Positions 23,488 to 24,000 of a stretch of DNA of 24,000 bases are shown one piece after another. Source of the stretch: Candidatus Wolframiiraptor allenii (GTDB lineage Archaea > Thermoproteota > Nitrososphaeria_A > Caldarchaeales > Wolframiiraptoraceae). The translations under genes and the position numbers were made by a program. The stretch covers positions 1,102 to 25,101 of the forward strand of contig JAKCEV010000016.1 in NCBI GenBank assembly GCA_023539495.1, read 5' to 3'. Numbering within the stretch: position 1 is the first letter of the stretch; the number at the start of each line of letters is the position of its first letter. The notes under the pieces are model-generated. The model saw only the letters and a list, made by a program, of their open reading frames with translations. It did not search any database and was not told where the DNA came from.

Positions 23488-23577
23488 GGGCCCGTAGCTC
23501 AGCCAGGATAGAGCACCGGGCTTTTAACGACTTTGGAAGAGACCCGGGGGTCGCGGGTTCAAAGCCCGCCGGGCCCG
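23488..23577 (+). tRNA. tRNA-Lys (anticodon UUU) with a 15-nt intron at position 37/38
   Basis: Hand-folded. Acceptor GGGCCCG/CGGGCCC, discriminator G. D arm GCTC-AGCCAGGATA-GAGC. Anticodon stem CCGGG/CCCGG, loop CTTTTA^A. Intron ACGACTTTGGAAGAG (23527-23541). Variable region GGGTC. T arm GCGGG-TTCAAAG-CCCGC. Confidence 0.85.
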
Positions 23578-23691
23578 TAAAGATGTTTACCTAGAAATAT
23601 GGGTGCATCGACTTTTCTCGTGACGATGATTTGAGTCCGGCTTCTGACTCGATGATGAGGCTTGAAAGGGATGAGTCGTCTTGCTAATTAT

Positions 23692-24000
23692 TTAGAGGGC
23701 TGTGATAGCCTCCCATATCAGCTTCTCGGGGCTTTTTCTAAGGAACCTCGACTTCGCCCTAATGAGCCTAGCCAGTTCACCCCTTAGTATAATGATGTCC
23801 TCCGCCGGCTCCGCGTAGTTCAGCAGATTCCTCGAGACATCTGCAAGCCTTGCTCGATCAAACTGGACGTTATCTATGACCCTTATTCCCTCGAGCTCTA
23901 GGTCTCGCTTCACGTCTTCCGGGGTCCCGCATCTCGTTATCAGCAGCATCTCCCTCGGCCTATACAGCCTCATGTACATCTTCACGAGCTCGGGCTCCCT
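23692..24000 (-). CDS. Hypothetical protein, C-terminal part only (the ORF runs off the window edge)
   Basis: The frame stays open to position 24000 (…REPELVKMYMRLYRPREMLLITRCGTPEDVKRDLELEGIRVIDN…). No family was recognised with confidence. Confidence 0.4.
   Translation of the reverse strand, partial: REPELVKMYMRLYRPREMLLITRCGTPEDVKRDLELEGIRVIDNVQFDRARLADVSRNLLNYAEPAEDIIILRGELARLIRAKSRFLRKSPEKLIWEAITAL

Noticed and set aside
1-24000. CRISPR array, rRNA genes, SRP or RNase P RNA
   Set aside because: I saw no series of evenly spaced 24-40 nt direct repeats. The non-coding stretches are A/T-rich, unlike the G/C-rich structural RNAs of hyperthermophiles. This was inspection by eye only.
23692-24000. 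Assignment of the partial ORF to DUF835, KaiC-like or integrase families
   Set aside because: There are only vague resemblances (LLITRCGTPEDV...), the N-terminal part is outside the window, and no catalytic motifs are visible.

Overview
The window looks like chromosome from a hyperthermophilic crenarchaeon (Thermoprotei-like). Evidence: AGG/AGA/ATA-rich codon usage, two intron-containing tRNAs, TATA boxes about 25-35 nt upstream of start codons (leaderless or short-leader mRNAs), and oligo-T terminators. No species is claimed. About 23 protein genes and 2 tRNAs are supported. A 7.2-kb gene (844-8022) encodes a 2392-aa, sequon-rich, C-terminally membrane-anchored surface protein, a possible S-layer or sheath component, followed by a smaller anchored PPC-like protein. 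A housekeeping block carries pfdA, archease, a DUF171-type SPOUT methyltransferase, ftsY, a DUF3786-like protein, a CinA-like protein, PGI/PMI, a SpoIIM-like protein, a THUMP-SPOUT fusion and an MbfA-like erythrin-VIT1 protein. This block is interrupted between pfdA and ftsY by lower-GC accessory DNA. That DNA contains a transposase-less element with an orphan MerR/excisionase-type HTH ORF overlapping an apparently intact TnpB (RNA-guided nuclease family). The tnpB 3' end carries a perfect hairpin and abuts the ftsY stop codon. A second lower-GC block (20.5-23.4 kb), bounded by tRNA-Lys, encodes two paralogous 77-aa stand-alone RAM (Lrp/AsnC ligand-domain) proteins, a four-CxxC zinc-ribbon protein and a translationally coupled processive family-2 glycosyltransferase. 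No CRISPR array, rRNA or clear defence island was seen. All functional calls rest on motif recognition by eye, and no searches were run.
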